Source: Bythopirellula sp. (GTDB taxonomy: Bacteria; Planctomycetota; Planctomycetia; Pirellulales; Lacipirellulaceae). Taken from it: a DNA stretch of 64,000 bases. Positions 11,256-19,997 of the stretch are shown here, piece by piece. A program made the translations under genes and the position numbers. The DNA lies in contig OZ244170.1 of the NCBI GenBank assembly GCA_965216565.1, forward strand, positions 3,264,001 through 3,328,000, read 5' to 3'. Position 1 is the stretch's first letter, and each line of letters starts with the position of its first letter. Below the pieces are notes generated by a model that saw only the letters and a list, made by a program, of their open reading frames with translations, was not told where the DNA came from and made no database searches.

Positions 11256-12200
11256 ATGCCGCCAACCATCAAATTTACCGAACAGCTCGAAGCCTTCTGC
11301 GATCTTGCCAAGCGTCTGGCTAAGCGCGAGCAGACCGACGCCTTGCTGTTTCTGCTTGAAGGGTCCTACAATTGGGATCGACTCCGCGAAACGCTAGGTA
11401 AGTCGAATGTTATTTTGGCTAGTGACAAGGCGGAGCACTTGGAAGGTGCCGAGGAAGCTGGTTTCGACACGGTCGAGCTAAACATTCCCGAGAGCCCCGT
11501 CTATGTGCGGCTCACCCAATCGCTCCTGGAGAGTGTTGCCGACGACCTGCTTGCTCCTGGCGCCGGTGTCGTGGCCCTCTACAGCGGCTTTGACATTGGC
11601 ATTATTGATTCGATTAGTGTCATTCGGCTCGACGAGCACCTCGGACGACTCACCGTCCACGACCTTCGACAACTGGAAACAAAGATACCACTGGAAACAC
11701 TCAAAATGGCCGTCGACTTGGCAGTCGACATTGGTCGCGAGGGACGCGAAGGCAAGCCAGTTGGCGCTCTGTTCGTGGTGGGCGATCACCGCAAAGTCAT
11801 CAAGCAGTGTTACCCGCAAGGCTTCGATGCCGTCAAAGGCTATAAGCCTGAAGAACGAAGGATGCAGGACCCAAAGGTTCGCGAGGCACTCAAAGAAATC
11901 GCTCAGCTCGACGGTGCATTTGTCGTTTCCGCGGACGGAGTCGTGATTGCTTCCTGCCAATATCTCTCGGCACCTGCCGAGGAGCTCACGTTGAGCAAGG
12001 GATTAGGTGCCAGGCATTGGGCCGCGGCTGCCATCAGCAAGGCCACTGCAGCGATCGCCATTGCGGTCAGCGAGTCGAACGGCACAGTGCGCGTTTTTCA
12101 AAACGGCGAAGTCATGCTCCGCATCGAGCCCTTCCGTCGCGCGATGAAGTGGAAAGACTTTCAATACGACCTGCCGTCGGGTCCTCCCACTACGGATTGA
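11256..12200 (+). CDS. DisA_N (DAC) domain protein, putative diadenylate cyclase (DacZ-like)
   Basis: EGREGKPVGALFVVGD, LDGAFVV (DGA motif), GLGARHWAAA (RHR-type motif), VSESNG; start at ATG 11256 after GGAG. Confidence 0.88.
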   Translation: MPPTIKFTEQLEAFCDLAKRLAKREQTDALLFLLEGSYNWDRLRETLGKSNVILASDKAEHLEGAEEAGFDTVELNIPESPVYVRLTQSLLESVADDLLAPGAGVVALYSGFDIGIIDSISVIRLDEHLGRLTVHDLRQLETKIPLETLKMAVDLAVDIGREGREGKPVGALFVVGDHRKVIKQCYPQGFDAVKGYKPEERRMQDPKVREALKEIAQLDGAFVVSADGVVIASCQYLSAPAEELTLSKGLGARHWAAAAISKATAAIAIAVSESNGTVRVFQNGEVMLRIEPFRRAMKWKDFQYDLPSGPPTTD

Positions 12201-12232
12201 TGCCTGCGCTTCTCAACCTTCGCCTTGCTATC

Positions 12233-12991
12233 TTAGTGGAGCCTCCTCCTGCGAGAGCAAACCAAAATTCCGTTCAATAGCAAGATCGCAAGTGTCTGGG
12301 GCTCGGGCACACGTGTGATTGAGACACTGTCCAACCACTGAGCGCTTGCCGCGCCTTGGCCACCCTGCCGGTACGCGACAAAATCAAATTGGTGCGACGC
12401 GCTAGTTGCCTGAAATACGTGAGAGCTTGCCTGCCAGGCAGTCGTATGTGGCAGAGGGAAGATACTGCCAATCGCATTGGTGCTTGGGGCGAGCTTTACC
12501 GATGTGCCATCGACAAACAATTCCCAACCTCCGCTAGGTGGCGGCACTAAGGGCGTTTCGCCAAATCCGTTCGTATGATGAAAGTCGATACGATACAGCC
12601 CGCCTGGCGTGAAACCACTAACCGCCTGTCCGACTCCTTCGCGGAGGAAAAAACTTGCACCCCCCGTCGGTATCGGCCCACCCACACCCGTTGCTGGAAT
12701 AAACGCACCCGCTAACTGAAGGTAGTTACCCCAGTTGGTATCCCACAGGGAGACACCCGGGCCGTACAACCAATCGGGACTACCCACATTGATTGTCCAA
12801 CCCGGGGCAGCGGTAACGACCATCTTGTCATCGCCCCCATTCACAAACTGGCCCGGTATTTGTTCCTCGAACGAGTTATTGACAAACGTCTGAGCCTCCG
12901 CCTGACTGTCTAACAGACACACTGCTACCGTCACGATCAGACACTCTACAAGCCGTACAGATTTACGAGAGGCAATCATCGAATTCTCCAA
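12233..12991 (-). CDS. PEP-CTERM surface protein 7 (jelly-roll/DUF642-like)
   Basis: Signal peptide, NNSFE start, C-terminal VPEPQTL + TM + RRRR. Confidence 0.88.
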   Translation of the reverse strand: MENSMIASRKSVRLVECLIVTVAVCLLDSQAEAQTFVNNSFEEQIPGQFVNGGDDKMVVTAAPGWTINVGSPDWLYGPGVSLWDTNWGNYLQLAGAFIPATGVGGPIPTGGASFFLREGVGQAVSGFTPGGLYRIDFHHTNGFGETPLVPPPSGGWELFVDGTSVKLAPSTNAIGSIFPLPHTTAWQASSHVFQATSASHQFDFVAYRQGGQGAASAQWLDSVSITRVPEPQTLAILLLNGILVCSRRRRLH

Positions 12992-12998
12992 GTTGCGA

Positions 12999-13712
12999 TT
13001 AAGAAGTCTTTACACTCAATACCCATGGCGTTCGCTGACGAAGCACCAGGAGTGCAAGACCCGACATTGCAAGCACGATGCCTGCTGGCTCCGGCACTGC
13101 GATAGGTTGTTGTCGAATCGTGAAGCTTGTGATTCCATCGGGAACGTCGATATTGAACTCGTACAGCGGTGTGGGAAAGCCGAAGTTCGGGAAAATTCCG
13201 CCCGAGGCCTCAATCTCGTCTTCGCCCCAGGCGACAGTGGTGAAGTAACCCGAGCCGGAGAAATCGGGGGGTGAGTCGAAATCGGGTGCGTCAAAATCAA
13301 GCCCGTCGCCCGGTGCAGATGGCACAAAGCTGGTACCGACCCCAAAACCGAGTTCCATACGGTAGGCACTCCAGGGGATGCCCGTCATATTGGAGACGCC
13401 CTCTTCAAAGGTGTACTCTGTCGTGCCACCGCTATCCATAACGATAAACTCTAGATCGACAGGACCAATGGCGTTATAGGCCTTTTGGGTCACTAGAAGT
13501 CTGTTTGGGGAATCTCCCACCACGTTATCGTTATTGGGATCCACCAGCGGACCGATAAACTCTCCGGCAACCGATCCGACGCCCGAGAACCAATTGATCA
13601 TGGTAATTTTGCCCGCGTCTGCCGTGGAGCTGAGTAACATCGTTCCGGCCAACATAGCAAGGAAAGGGAAAAGTCTCGGTGTCGAGCGAAGTTGCTTCAA
13701 TAAGGTATTCAT
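12999..13712 (-). CDS. PEP-CTERM surface protein 6 (choice-of-anchor F-like)
   Basis: Signal peptide; NMTG..W..Y..ELGFGVG.....GDGLDF segment; VPEPAG + TM + RQR. Confidence 0.85.
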   Translation of the reverse strand: MNTLLKQLRSTPRLFPFLAMLAGTMLLSSTADAGKITMINWFSGVGSVAGEFIGPLVDPNNDNVVGDSPNRLLVTQKAYNAIGPVDLEFIVMDSGGTTEYTFEEGVSNMTGIPWSAYRMELGFGVGTSFVPSAPGDGLDFDAPDFDSPPDFSGSGYFTTVAWGEDEIEASGGIFPNFGFPTPLYEFNIDVPDGITSFTIRQQPIAVPEPAGIVLAMSGLALLVLRQRTPWVLSVKTS

Positions 13713-13776
13713 TCGTGGTTCCTATTTGTCTGAAAACTGTATATGGCAATTAAGTTCTGTAGGTTTAGAAATACGT

Positions 13777-14430
13777 TTATCGTCTCCGCCAGTGCGCTAG
13801 CACACCGGCAACACCCATTACAAGCAGCCCCGCGGTAGCCGGTTCCGGCACAGGACCGATCTGAGCGTTATCAAACCGCGAAAAGACCGTACCGTTTTGA
13901 AAGCTTCCCGAACCAAAGATCCGCGCGGAATCGAAGCTGGTGCCTGATATCGAAAGGTTGTGATGGGTGATGGTCGAGGTAGTCACAGTGGACGAAGTGG
14001 TTCCCACAACGATTCCTCCGAGCAAAATCTCAAGGTTCAGCGAGTTCCCAATGTGACTACTTCCAAATGTAAACGCCTCGACATTGATAAAGTTTTCCAC
14101 AAGACCGGTTGTCATTCTGAACGTTCCAAGTCCATGAAAGCCTGCGCCAGGACCAGGTACATAACCACCCTGCCCCAACACATTGTTGGGCGAGAAAGCA
14201 GGATCACTGAGCGTAGCTTCTGCTCGTTCGACTACGAACACAGTGGAAAAGCCATTCCAATCGTGGGAATCGTAGAAAGTGATTCCACCGTCTATAAAAC
14301 TCGTGGACTGACTGCCTTCGGTCAGGCCGTCAAATGTGGCTAGCGCACCGACTGCCGGCAAGCTGCCGATGACGCTAGCCACCATTGCCACGAGTACGCC
14401 AAAGGCACTCTTAATGGCCAAGATTCTCAT
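13777..14430 (-). CDS. PEP-CTERM surface protein 5
   Basis: Start at ATG 14430 after GAGGA (MRILAIK..., signal peptide); VPEPATAGLL + TM + WRRR. Confidence 0.88.
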   Translation of the reverse strand: MRILAIKSAFGVLVAMVASVIGSLPAVGALATFDGLTEGSQSTSFIDGGITFYDSHDWNGFSTVFVVERAEATLSDPAFSPNNVLGQGGYVPGPGAGFHGLGTFRMTTGLVENFINVEAFTFGSSHIGNSLNLEILLGGIVVGTTSSTVTTSTITHHNLSISGTSFDSARIFGSGSFQNGTVFSRFDNAQIGPVPEPATAGLLVMGVAGVLAHWRRR

Positions 14431-14483
14431 TGTTGATTCCTCGTTGTTGAATTGGCTTAAAGAGACAGAAGATGGCTTCCGTG

Positions 14484-15185
14484 TTACGCCTGTCGACGAC
14501 GTGGTAGGAATCCGGCAATCAGTGCCGACAAGCCAAGCATCGCGGAGGCTGGTTCTGGTATTGCGATGGCAATGATACTGCCCGAGGAATCGATGATGCC
14601 CGTCGCAGGAGTGCCAGACGCAGTGCCCACGCCAATCGATGAAATCGCACTGGCAGGCAGACCAAGAGTATTGGTGTAATCTTGCAGCACAAACTGCCAC
14701 GATTCACCTGGTTCCCAGATTCCATCGGGAGTCATGCTCTCAGATAGTAGTGGGTGATGGCTTCCGCCTGGATCGGAAATCATGTAGTCGATCCGAAACG
14801 CTTCCTGGACTGGTGGAGAAAGAATATCGTTCGCTTCACCGTCAAAGTTCGTGATGTTGGTCTCTTGGTCGGCTACATACCACACTTCTTGCCAGGCAAT
14901 CCCAGATAGGTTTCTGATATCCACAATTGCATCGGGAGTAGTAGGGTCATCCGTAGCCTGACACACCGGGAGAAAAGTAGAGCCAATGTCGGCCGATGAG
15001 AGCGCCTCGTTGGCTGGGAACTCAGCGAAATGCCCTATTTCGTGAACATCGGTGGGAATCGAAAGCACATCACACTGCGGCGTTTCTATATGCACTACTT
15101 TCGCCGGCAATGCATAGGCCTGAGAAGCTAACAAAGAAATAAGGGAGACGCTCAACATCGATCGATTTAGTTTTAGATAAGTCAT
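14484..15185 (-). CDS. PEP-CTERM surface protein 4 (paralog of 16578-17306)
   Basis: Signal peptide; IPEPASA + TM + RRR; shares several blocks with protein 1. Confidence 0.9.
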   Translation of the reverse strand: MTYLKLNRSMLSVSLISLLASQAYALPAKVVHIETPQCDVLSIPTDVHEIGHFAEFPANEALSSADIGSTFLPVCQATDDPTTPDAIVDIRNLSGIAWQEVWYVADQETNITNFDGEANDILSPPVQEAFRIDYMISDPGGSHHPLLSESMTPDGIWEPGESWQFVLQDYTNTLGLPASAISSIGVGTASGTPATGIIDSSGSIIAIAIPEPASAMLGLSALIAGFLPRRRQA

Positions 15186-15249
15186 CAGATCTTCTCCTTA
15201 GTAGATGTAATATTGATATTCGTTGTTGATTAATAAATCAGTTCGCACA

Positions 15250-15894
15250 TTAAGCTTCGAATTTTCTGCGGCAGGCAATCGTTACAACACACCCCAATCC
15301 TGCCAGCAGTAGACTTCCCGGTTCGGGGATAGGTAGCGCGTCTCCACGCAGTCGGTTCACATGAGCTCCACTTGGACCTCCGGAATTGTTGACCTGAACC
15401 GTCAGTGTGTTGATACCTGCTAAGAATCCCGTGCTGGTACTAAAAGAGTTGAACGAAGTGAAAGCCGTGCCCCCGCCAGCGTGCGTTGCGAACGATACGC
15501 CATTGAGCAACATGCTCGTAGAGTTATCTCCCGCAAAATCGCCGCTGATTGTCGCCGTAGTGGGATCCAACCCGGTCAGATCAAAAGTCAAGTCATAGGT
15601 GTAGATACCAGCCCCCGTTCCCGAAGTGCCGCCTGCGAGTGGGGTCACCCAACGCGAAGTGGCTGTATTGGGTACCCAACTGGGTGGAATTGGATTACCG
15701 GCAATTGCGGTGGGGACGCCCGTAGGGCCTGTTGTAAGGACCCAATGCGGATCGACCGCGCCATTGGGTAGGGGCACGCCCGAGTTATCGACTCCTGTGT
15801 TAAATAGCCCTGGAATTGGCACGGCCAGTGCCGCAGAGGCCATCGCACCGCAAGCGAGTACTACCAGACAGCTGCGTAAAAATTGAACTCTCAT
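15250..15894 (-). CDS. PEP-CTERM surface protein 3 (lectin/galactose-binding-like beta sandwich)
   Basis: Signal peptide; LFNTGVD, GDN..S.LLNG, GINTLTVQVNN; IPEPGSL + TM + RRK. Confidence 0.9.
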   Translation of the reverse strand: MRVQFLRSCLVVLACGAMASAALAVPIPGLFNTGVDNSGVPLPNGAVDPHWVLTTGPTGVPTAIAGNPIPPSWVPNTATSRWVTPLAGGTSGTGAGIYTYDLTFDLTGLDPTTATISGDFAGDNSTSMLLNGVSFATHAGGGTAFTSFNSFSTSTGFLAGINTLTVQVNNSGGPSGAHVNRLRGDALPIPEPGSLLLAGLGCVVTIACRRKFEA

Positions 15895-15957
15895 CAGATC
15901 TATCTCCTCGTAAAAAATCGTGAAAACTAGAAAATTTGACGTGTTATTTATCGCGTG

Positions 15958-16581
15958 TCACAAACTTCGTTGGGACGCACGTGTCATCATTACGCCCAGC
16001 CCGACTAGGCCCAGCAATAGTGTTGTGGGTTCTGGCACCGGAGTTGGGAACTCAATCATCCTGATCAAAGGCGTCCCGGTAGCCCCTGCACTGTTCGGGA
16101 ACACTTCCGCTTGTTTGCGAATCACCAGGACATCGCCGGGCAAGACTGGCTGAGAAAAGTTGTCTAACCACAATTCCTGAGTGCCTAATCCCATCGTGCT
16201 GAATGTGATTGGATTGCCGTTAACCTCCATGCTGGTCACGCTGTTCCAAATAGCAGGTGGCAAACCTGCGGGTGGGGCGAGGATCTCTTCATGCCAATCG
16301 CCCCAGGCTTCCGTTCCGACGTTCACTATGGTTTCAACGATGTCTAGTGGCCCACCGGTGGCTAGGATGATATTCGGATCGAAGATCCCCTTGGACCAAG
16401 GCGGACCGTTGGGATCGAGATCAATCGGCTGCGGATTGTTGGGATCACCTACCAAAACAATCGGCCCAGGCTGTACCGGATGCGAGGTCGCTGGTCCACT
16501 CGCTGTTCCCTGAGCAAAGACCACAGTGTCGGTGAAGCACACTGCCATCCCGAATATGAGTAAACCAGTTAGTATTCTCAT
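15958..16581 (-). CDS. PEP-CTERM surface protein 2
   Basis: Signal peptide; NVGTEAWGDWHEEI; VPEPTTL + TM. Confidence 0.9.
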   Translation of the reverse strand: MRILTGLLIFGMAVCFTDTVVFAQGTASGPATSHPVQPGPIVLVGDPNNPQPIDLDPNGPPWSKGIFDPNIILATGGPLDIVETIVNVGTEAWGDWHEEILAPPAGLPPAIWNSVTSMEVNGNPITFSTMGLGTQELWLDNFSQPVLPGDVLVIRKQAEVFPNSAGATGTPLIRMIEFPTPVPEPTTLLLGLVGLGVMMTRASQRSL

Positions 16582-17306
16582 GGCATGCTCCTTTTAGGTT
16601 GATGGATTGCGTTTCGTTGCAAGCCTATCCCGGCAAGACTCACGAAAAGCAACGCGATAGTTGCTGGCTCGGGAACTCTGGCGATAATGCTGCCCGAGGA
16701 AATTGGTTGGAATGGAGGCAGATCGATCGAAGCATTACCAACTCCCATCGAGGCTATTGCATTGGGAGCCAGGCCTAGCAAATTGCCATAGTCCTGCAAA
16801 ACAAATCGCCACTCCTCCCCACTCTGCCAGATCCCGTCTGGCAAGATACTTTCGAAGCGCAAAGGATGGTTGATTCCAGCAGGATCAGTGATGTCGTTGT
16901 CGATGCGAAATGCTTCTTGTCCTGCTGCCACAGAAAACGCAAAGTCGTTGGCAAAACCGTCGAGATTGCTTATGCGTGTCTCTTCGTCAGCGATATACCA
17001 AACAGACTGGAAGTCCTTGCCGCTGGTATTGGTGATCGAAACCAAGAAGTCTGGCAGCGCCGTGCTGTCCGTAGCTAGGCAAGAAGGGCTGGCAGAACCA
17101 AAAGTTCCCGGCAGGAGGCTTTGGTCAGCGGGAAACCCACCAACCGGGTCGCCTATCTCATGCACAGTGCCTGGGATGGATAACGGATCGCATTGGGGTA
17201 AGTCCACATGATTCACCTGCGTTAGCAAAGCATGGGACGGTTGGGCAACCACCATGCAGACAATCAGGCATGAGAGTGCTATTAAGAATTTCAGCTTGGG
17301 TAACAT
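16578..17306 (-). CDS. PEP-CTERM surface protein 1
   Basis: Likely start ATG 17306 after GAGGA; signal peptide; VPEPATIALL + TM + QR. Confidence 0.88.
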   Translation of the reverse strand: MLPKLKFLIALSCLIVCMVVAQPSHALLTQVNHVDLPQCDPLSIPGTVHEIGDPVGGFPADQSLLPGTFGSASPSCLATDSTALPDFLVSITNTSGKDFQSVWYIADEETRISNLDGFANDFAFSVAAGQEAFRIDNDITDPAGINHPLRFESILPDGIWQSGEEWRFVLQDYGNLLGLAPNAIASMGVGNASIDLPPFQPISSGSIIARVPEPATIALLFVSLAGIGLQRNAIHQPKRSMP

Positions 17307-17360
17307 GATTCTTTCCTCGAGTGATTTCATGGGCGAAACACGTTTCATGGGTTGTAGTTT

Positions 17361-17585
17361 TTAGCGAAATCGCTTCAGTCGACGACGATGCTTGCCGCCG
17401 CTCGTACGCGAAATCTGTTTGCTATTGCTCTTCGACGCTGGGGTTCGATGCGACGCGGCAATCGCAGATCGGCATCGATGCGACGGCATTGCGACCTTCT
17501 CACTCCGGCTGAATTTTTCGAATTGCTGTAGTTCTTCGACTTCCATGCTGTCGTAATTGCTTAGCGTGACGGTACTCATTGTCAT
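17361..17585 (-). CDS. Small protein with acidic N-terminus and very basic C-terminus
   Basis: AAGGGGA RBS; fills the gap between the receiver gene and the array on the same strand; ends GGKHRRRLKRFR. Confidence 0.65.
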   Translation of the reverse strand: MTMSTVTLSNYDSMEVEELQQFEKFSRSEKVAMPSHRCRSAIAASHRTPASKSNSKQISRTSGGKHRRRLKRFR

Positions 17586-17607
17586 TCCCCTTTCTTAAGA
17601 AATGGCT

Positions 17608-18057
17608 CTAACGGGTTTGTCCCGTCGGAACTTGTGACGAAGTTTGTGAGTCGAGCAAACTAGAACTGTGCACCTCGACGGCTGATCCTGGTTGGAGCCA
17701 TCCTTGTACCCACTCGAGCTGGATTGGCTTGCAGACGTATTGCACAACTCGCAGCTCAAGTGCCTGACGTTCGCGTTTACGGTCGTAGTTGCCATCAACC
17801 ACGATTGCTCGCAGCTTGTTGTTCAGCGATTGCAACATCTCGAGCAGTTCGAAGCCGTCCATGTCTGGCAAACTCAGATTAATTAGCCACACCGCATCGC
17901 CAAAACTAGGTGCCAACCGCAAGGCACTGCTTCCCGTGGAGGTCAAAGTGAGCCGGATCGACTGCTTCCAAGCCGGCTCCACTAAACAGCGATAGTCGTC
18001 CAGCTGAGGATCGACAATCACTAAGCGCGAACCATTTGTAGTTGGTGAATTGCCCAT
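17608..18057 (-). CDS. Stand-alone atypical receiver (CheY-like) protein
   Basis: LVIVD..., LINLSLPDMDG (Asn at the phosphoacceptor Asp position), YVCKP; AGGAG RBS. Confidence 0.85.
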   Translation of the reverse strand: MGNSPTTNGSRLVIVDPQLDDYRCLVEPAWKQSIRLTLTSTGSSALRLAPSFGDAVWLINLSLPDMDGFELLEMLQSLNNKLRAIVVDGNYDRKRERQALELRVVQYVCKPIQLEWVQGWLQPGSAVEVHSSSLLDSQTSSQVPTGQTR

Positions 18058-18154
18058 GCAATGCTCCTGTTGTCGTAATCGTTGCCCATCTTCTGTTTCG
18101 AATGCTTGTGCTCACCACTTTTCAGTGGCCACACTTGCTTGGCACAGGACAATC

Positions 18155-18169
18155 GCACTGCGCGTGCCA
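18155..18169 (-). promoter_or_regulatory. Sigma54 (-24/-12) promoter for the receiver/PEP-CTERM operon
   Basis: Minus strand TGGCACGCGCAGTGC versus consensus TGGCACG-N4-TTGC, with correct GG/GC spacing; intergenic and next to a sigma54 activator gene. Confidence 0.75.
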
Positions 18170-18271
18170 AATCGAACGACGACAGCTCGCGATGAGCTGT
18201 AAGTTGTTTCTTCTCCAGGAGAAAGAATCTCTATGGCGTTAACGCAAAGAGAAATGCGTCTTGAAGCGGGC

Positions 18272-18329
18272 TGGTCGCTAGCGACCATTTAGGAGCGGAT
18301 CGCTTCTACCGCTGGGAGCAAATAGCACC
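18272..18329. promoter_or_regulatory. Candidate upstream activator (enhancer) sites
   Basis: Perfect palindrome TGGTCGCTAGCGACCA (18272-18287) and two dyads GGAGC-N5-GCTTC (18292-18306) and GGAGC-N5-GCACC (18315-18329), about 100-160 bp upstream of the sigma54 promoter. Confidence 0.5.
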
Positions 18330-18472
18330 TGCGGTCAGTTTAGAAGTGCACACATTTAAAGACTTTGAGAAAATTGCCTTCGAGGGGAAGCGCGCAGAGC
18401 GTGGGCGGGAGGAGAGAGAGTCACCCAACTTAGAAAGCCTCTAGGGAACCGAGACGACCATGTGCCGGTTCA

Positions 18473-19516
18473 TCAGCTCGATTCCGCCGCCGTATCGAGC
18501 CCCAATTTCTTAATTCGGCGCCGGAGAACACTGCGGTCCATATCCAGCAGCCGCGCCGCAGCCGCCTGATTCGAATTGGTCTCCCGCAATGTAGCTGCAA
18601 TGAATTCGCGTTCGAAGTCTTGATGGGTGGGCCAGCTACCATCTGCCTGCGGCGCAAATCGCCATTGTCCTGCGGCGGGCTCTTCCCTTGGCAACGACTC
18701 CGCCGACGGTCTTGGCTGTCCCAGCTCGTCAAAGACGATGTCTCCTGGTTCGATCAGCTCGCTCCGCGATAGCATTGCTGCCCGCTCTAGTACGTTTTGC
18801 AGTTCGCGTACGTTGCCTGGCCAATGATGCGCCAAGAGCTTTTCTAGTGCTTCTGCCGCCAGGGGTTTGAAGGGCAATCCATGCTTCACGCATTGGCGAG
18901 CTAAGAGATAATCGGCAAGAAGTTCGACGTCTTCGGGTCGCTCGCAGAGAGACTTGGTTTTCAATGAGACTACTGCCAGTCGATAGTAGAGGTCTTCACG
19001 AAAACGGCCGGCAGCCACTTCTGCCAATAGGTCGCGATTGGTAGCAGCCAGCACGCGGACGTCGACTTCTTGCTCTTCATGACTGCCAACCGGTACGACA
19101 GTTCCCTCTTGTAATACGCGCAGAAGCTTCGCCTGCATGGCTGGCTCTAGCTCGCCCACCTCGTCCAGAAAAACCGTTCCGCCGTCTGCGGCCCGAAAGC
19201 AACCTAGCGCTTCGTAATTAGAATCGGTGAAAGCGCCTTTCAGATGGCCAAACATGTGGCTTTCGAAAAGTGTCCCCGAAATAGCCGCGCAGTTAACCGG
19301 CACGAAGGGTTCGTCGGAACGGGGACTTTGGGTGTGAATGGCGCGTGCAATAAGTTCTTTGCCCGTGCCGCTGGGGCCGGTGATCAACACGCTGGTACAG
19401 AATGGGGCGATACTAGACAGATCCTGCTGAATCTGTTTTACCCAGTTGGACTTACCCACAAGCGGGCGCGCCGCAGAATCACTGCGCACCGCAGTCCTGC
19501 TATCTAAGCTACACAC
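18473..19516 (-). CDS. Sigma54-dependent enhancer-binding protein (AAA+ and Fis HTH) without an N-terminal regulatory domain
   Basis: GPSGTGKE, ESHMFGHLKGAFTDS, FLDEVGE, RFREDLYYRL, WPGNVRELQN, C-terminal NQAAAARLL HTH. Confidence 0.95.
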   Translation of the reverse strand: MCSLDSRTAVRSDSAARPLVGKSNWVKQIQQDLSSIAPFCTSVLITGPSGTGKELIARAIHTQSPRSDEPFVPVNCAAISGTLFESHMFGHLKGAFTDSNYEALGCFRAADGGTVFLDEVGELEPAMQAKLLRVLQEGTVVPVGSHEEQEVDVRVLAATNRDLLAEVAAGRFREDLYYRLAVVSLKTKSLCERPEDVELLADYLLARQCVKHGLPFKPLAAEALEKLLAHHWPGNVRELQNVLERAAMLSRSELIEPGDIVFDELGQPRPSAESLPREEPAAGQWRFAPQADGSWPTHQDFEREFIAATLRETNSNQAAAARLLDMDRSVLRRRIKKLGLDTAAESS

Positions 19517-19997
19517 GAGTTCACTAGCCCTCCCCCAAGGAATCGTGAAACACCCCGGTATTAAGGAACCGGTCCAACTCGTCTGCGCTAAATGGAGGAA
19601 GCGAACGCAATATCCCCGAGACAGGTCGCTCTCCCCACTAGAGTCGGCAAACTTTGGGCCGCATCCCTAGTTGACCTTAGTTGCGCCGATCCTAAAGGAT
19701 CGAGCAGGAAATTGCAACTTTTTACTGGTATTTCACTATAACTTGGCCCCTCACTCGGGTAGGAGCGACTTCCCAGTCTGCCTGAACTTCCTCGGGTGGC
19801 CCACCGCGATTCCGACATTCCGCCGGGGCTGCCTTATTCCAGAGTGAAATAGCTGAGAAAATTTTGAGGGATTCTCTACCATAAGTTGAGTTCCAAGGGC
19901 CCGATCGCCACAATCGGTGTTTATGATGGAATATTCTCATTGATTGATTAACCAGTGGCTTTTCGACCTGATAGATCCCATCCCTTTCTTTTCGACT

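Noticed and set aside
13777..14700. 307 aa extended version of PEP-CTERM protein 5
   Set aside because: The extension overlaps the upstream gene; RBS and signal peptide place the start at 14430.
18140..18156. Plus-strand TGGCACAGGACAATCGC as a second sigma54 promoter
   Set aside because: GG-to-GC spacing is two bases too long and no gene follows on that strand.
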